Of a DNA stretch of 44,271 nt, positions 43,406-44,271 are shown in pieces (the stretch's first letter is position 1; each line of letters opens with the position of its first letter). The position numbers and the translations under genes are program-made. This DNA comes from a virus (Duplodnaviria > Caudoviricetes), in IMG/VR virus record IMGVR_UViG_3300038393_001218, positions 1 through 44,271 of that record, one strand, 5' to 3'. The notes under the pieces were generated by a model. That model saw only the letters and a list, made by a program, of their open reading frames with translations, did not search any database and was not told the origin of the DNA.

Positions 43406-43453
43406 GGACAAGCCACGCCGTGAGGCGTCGCGTCCCAGCGCCCCTTCGGGGGC
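43406..43453 (+). promoter_or_regulatory. Two tetraloop hairpins ahead of the capsid RBS
   Basis: ACGCC-GTGA-GGCGT (GNRA) within GGAC/GTCC; GCCCC-TTCG-GGGGC (UUCG). Confidence 0.6.
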
Positions 43454-43468
43454 CAGAAGGAACTCAAA

Positions 43469-44271
43469 ATGGCAGACATTGCTGAGCAAATCCGCGCGTT
43501 CGAAGAGAAGCGCGCGAGCCTGGTCGCTGCGAACGAAGCGATCATGCAGAAGGCCGCCGATGACGGCTCCACGCTCGACGCCGAGCAGGAAGAGACGTTC
43601 GACGGCAACAAGGCCGATCTCGACGCCATCGACAAGCATCTCGACCGTCTCCGTTCAATGGAGAAGCTGGCGGCCACGAAGGCTGTTCCGGTTCAGGGCG
43701 GCAACTCGAAAGAGGGCGCCGAGAACCGCGAGGGCAGGATTGTCGTCAAGTCGCAGCCGAAGCTTGAGCAGGGCATCGAGTTCGCCCGGCTCGTCAAGTC
43801 TCTCGGCATGGCAAACGGTGATATGGGCCGAGCGGTTCGTATTGCCGAATCCCGCTATGGCGAGGACAGCAACTCAGTCGGCGCCCTCAAGCGCATGTAT
43901 GAGCGTGGTCAAAATCGCCTCGAATGGGAAGGCCACGAGAAGAGCAACGTTCTCGCCGGCTCGACTCTTTCCGGCAACTGGGCGGCAGACTTGGTGCTTG
44001 ATGAGGGGGGCTATTTCGCCGACTTCGCCGAGTATCTCCGTCCTGCGACCATCGTTGGGCGGATTCCAGGTCTGCGCCAAATTCCGTTCCGCACCGCTCT
44101 GGGAAGTTCGACCAGCGGCGGCGCCGGTTACTGGGTCGGTGAGGGTCTCGCGAAGCCGCTGACTTCGTTCAATTTCGACAAGACATTTCTTGAGCCTCTG
44201 AAGTGTGCCAACATCGCGGTCCTGACCGAAGAGCTCCTCATGAGCTCAGCGGCATCTGCCGAGGCGTTGGT
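43469..44271 (+). CDS. HK97-fold major capsid protein, 3'-truncated (not in ORF track)
   Basis: MADIAEQIRAFEEKR coiled-coil delta domain; FAEYLRPATIVGR, YWVGEGLAKP, LTEELL; open to the window end. Confidence 0.93.
   Translation, partial: MADIAEQIRAFEEKRASLVAANEAIMQKAADDGSTLDAEQEETFDGNKADLDAIDKHLDRLRSMEKLAATKAVPVQGGNSKEGAENREGRIVVKSQPKLEQGIEFARLVKSLGMANGDMGRAVRIAESRYGEDSNSVGALKRMYERGQNRLEWEGHEKSNVLAGSTLSGNWAADLVLDEGGYFADFAEYLRPATIVGRIPGLRQIPFRTALGSSTSGGAGYWVGEGLAKPLTSFNFDKTFLEPLKCANIAVLTEELLMSSAASAEAL

Noticed and set aside
43479-44162. 227-aa ORF in the track
   Set aside because: Shadow frame of the capsid gene, which starts at 43469 and runs off the window.

Overview
Nearly complete, circularly permuted genome of a temperate siphovirus with an HK97-type head and a GTA-like baseplate. 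The host is probably an alphaproteobacterium (Sphingomonadales-like); this is inferred from gene families and from the tRNA-Pro fragment used as attP. Layout: a methyltransferase / ParB-like / glycosyltransferase cluster inside the head operon (1-3378); portal, neck and tail genes (3378-18460); an expanded lysis region plus a DUF1996-like cargo gene (18787-23740); leftward accessory genes, an intact attP (3' half of tRNA-Pro CGG), int/xis, ERF recombination genes and a SpoU-type RNA methyltransferase (23737-32721); a cI/cro switch with 13-bp operators; rightward early genes (two DNA methyltransferases, RusA-like, DnaA C-terminal domain, initiator, late regulator); then HNH, terS, terL, prohead protease and the 5' part of the major capsid gene. 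The two window ends do not join, so some sequence is missing. The most unusual signal is a roughly 90-nt multi-hairpin element rich in C-GAA-G triloops, present three times in both orientations with compensatory base changes. One copy has been split by a 472-bp HNH endonuclease insertion flanked by a GCAG duplication. Other candidates: a possible virion glycosylation/methylation module, a polyproline peptide coupled to a 5-TM protein at the head of the lysis genes, and a nested alternative-frame ORF in the C5 methyltransferase. All family calls come from motif recognition by eye; no searches were run.
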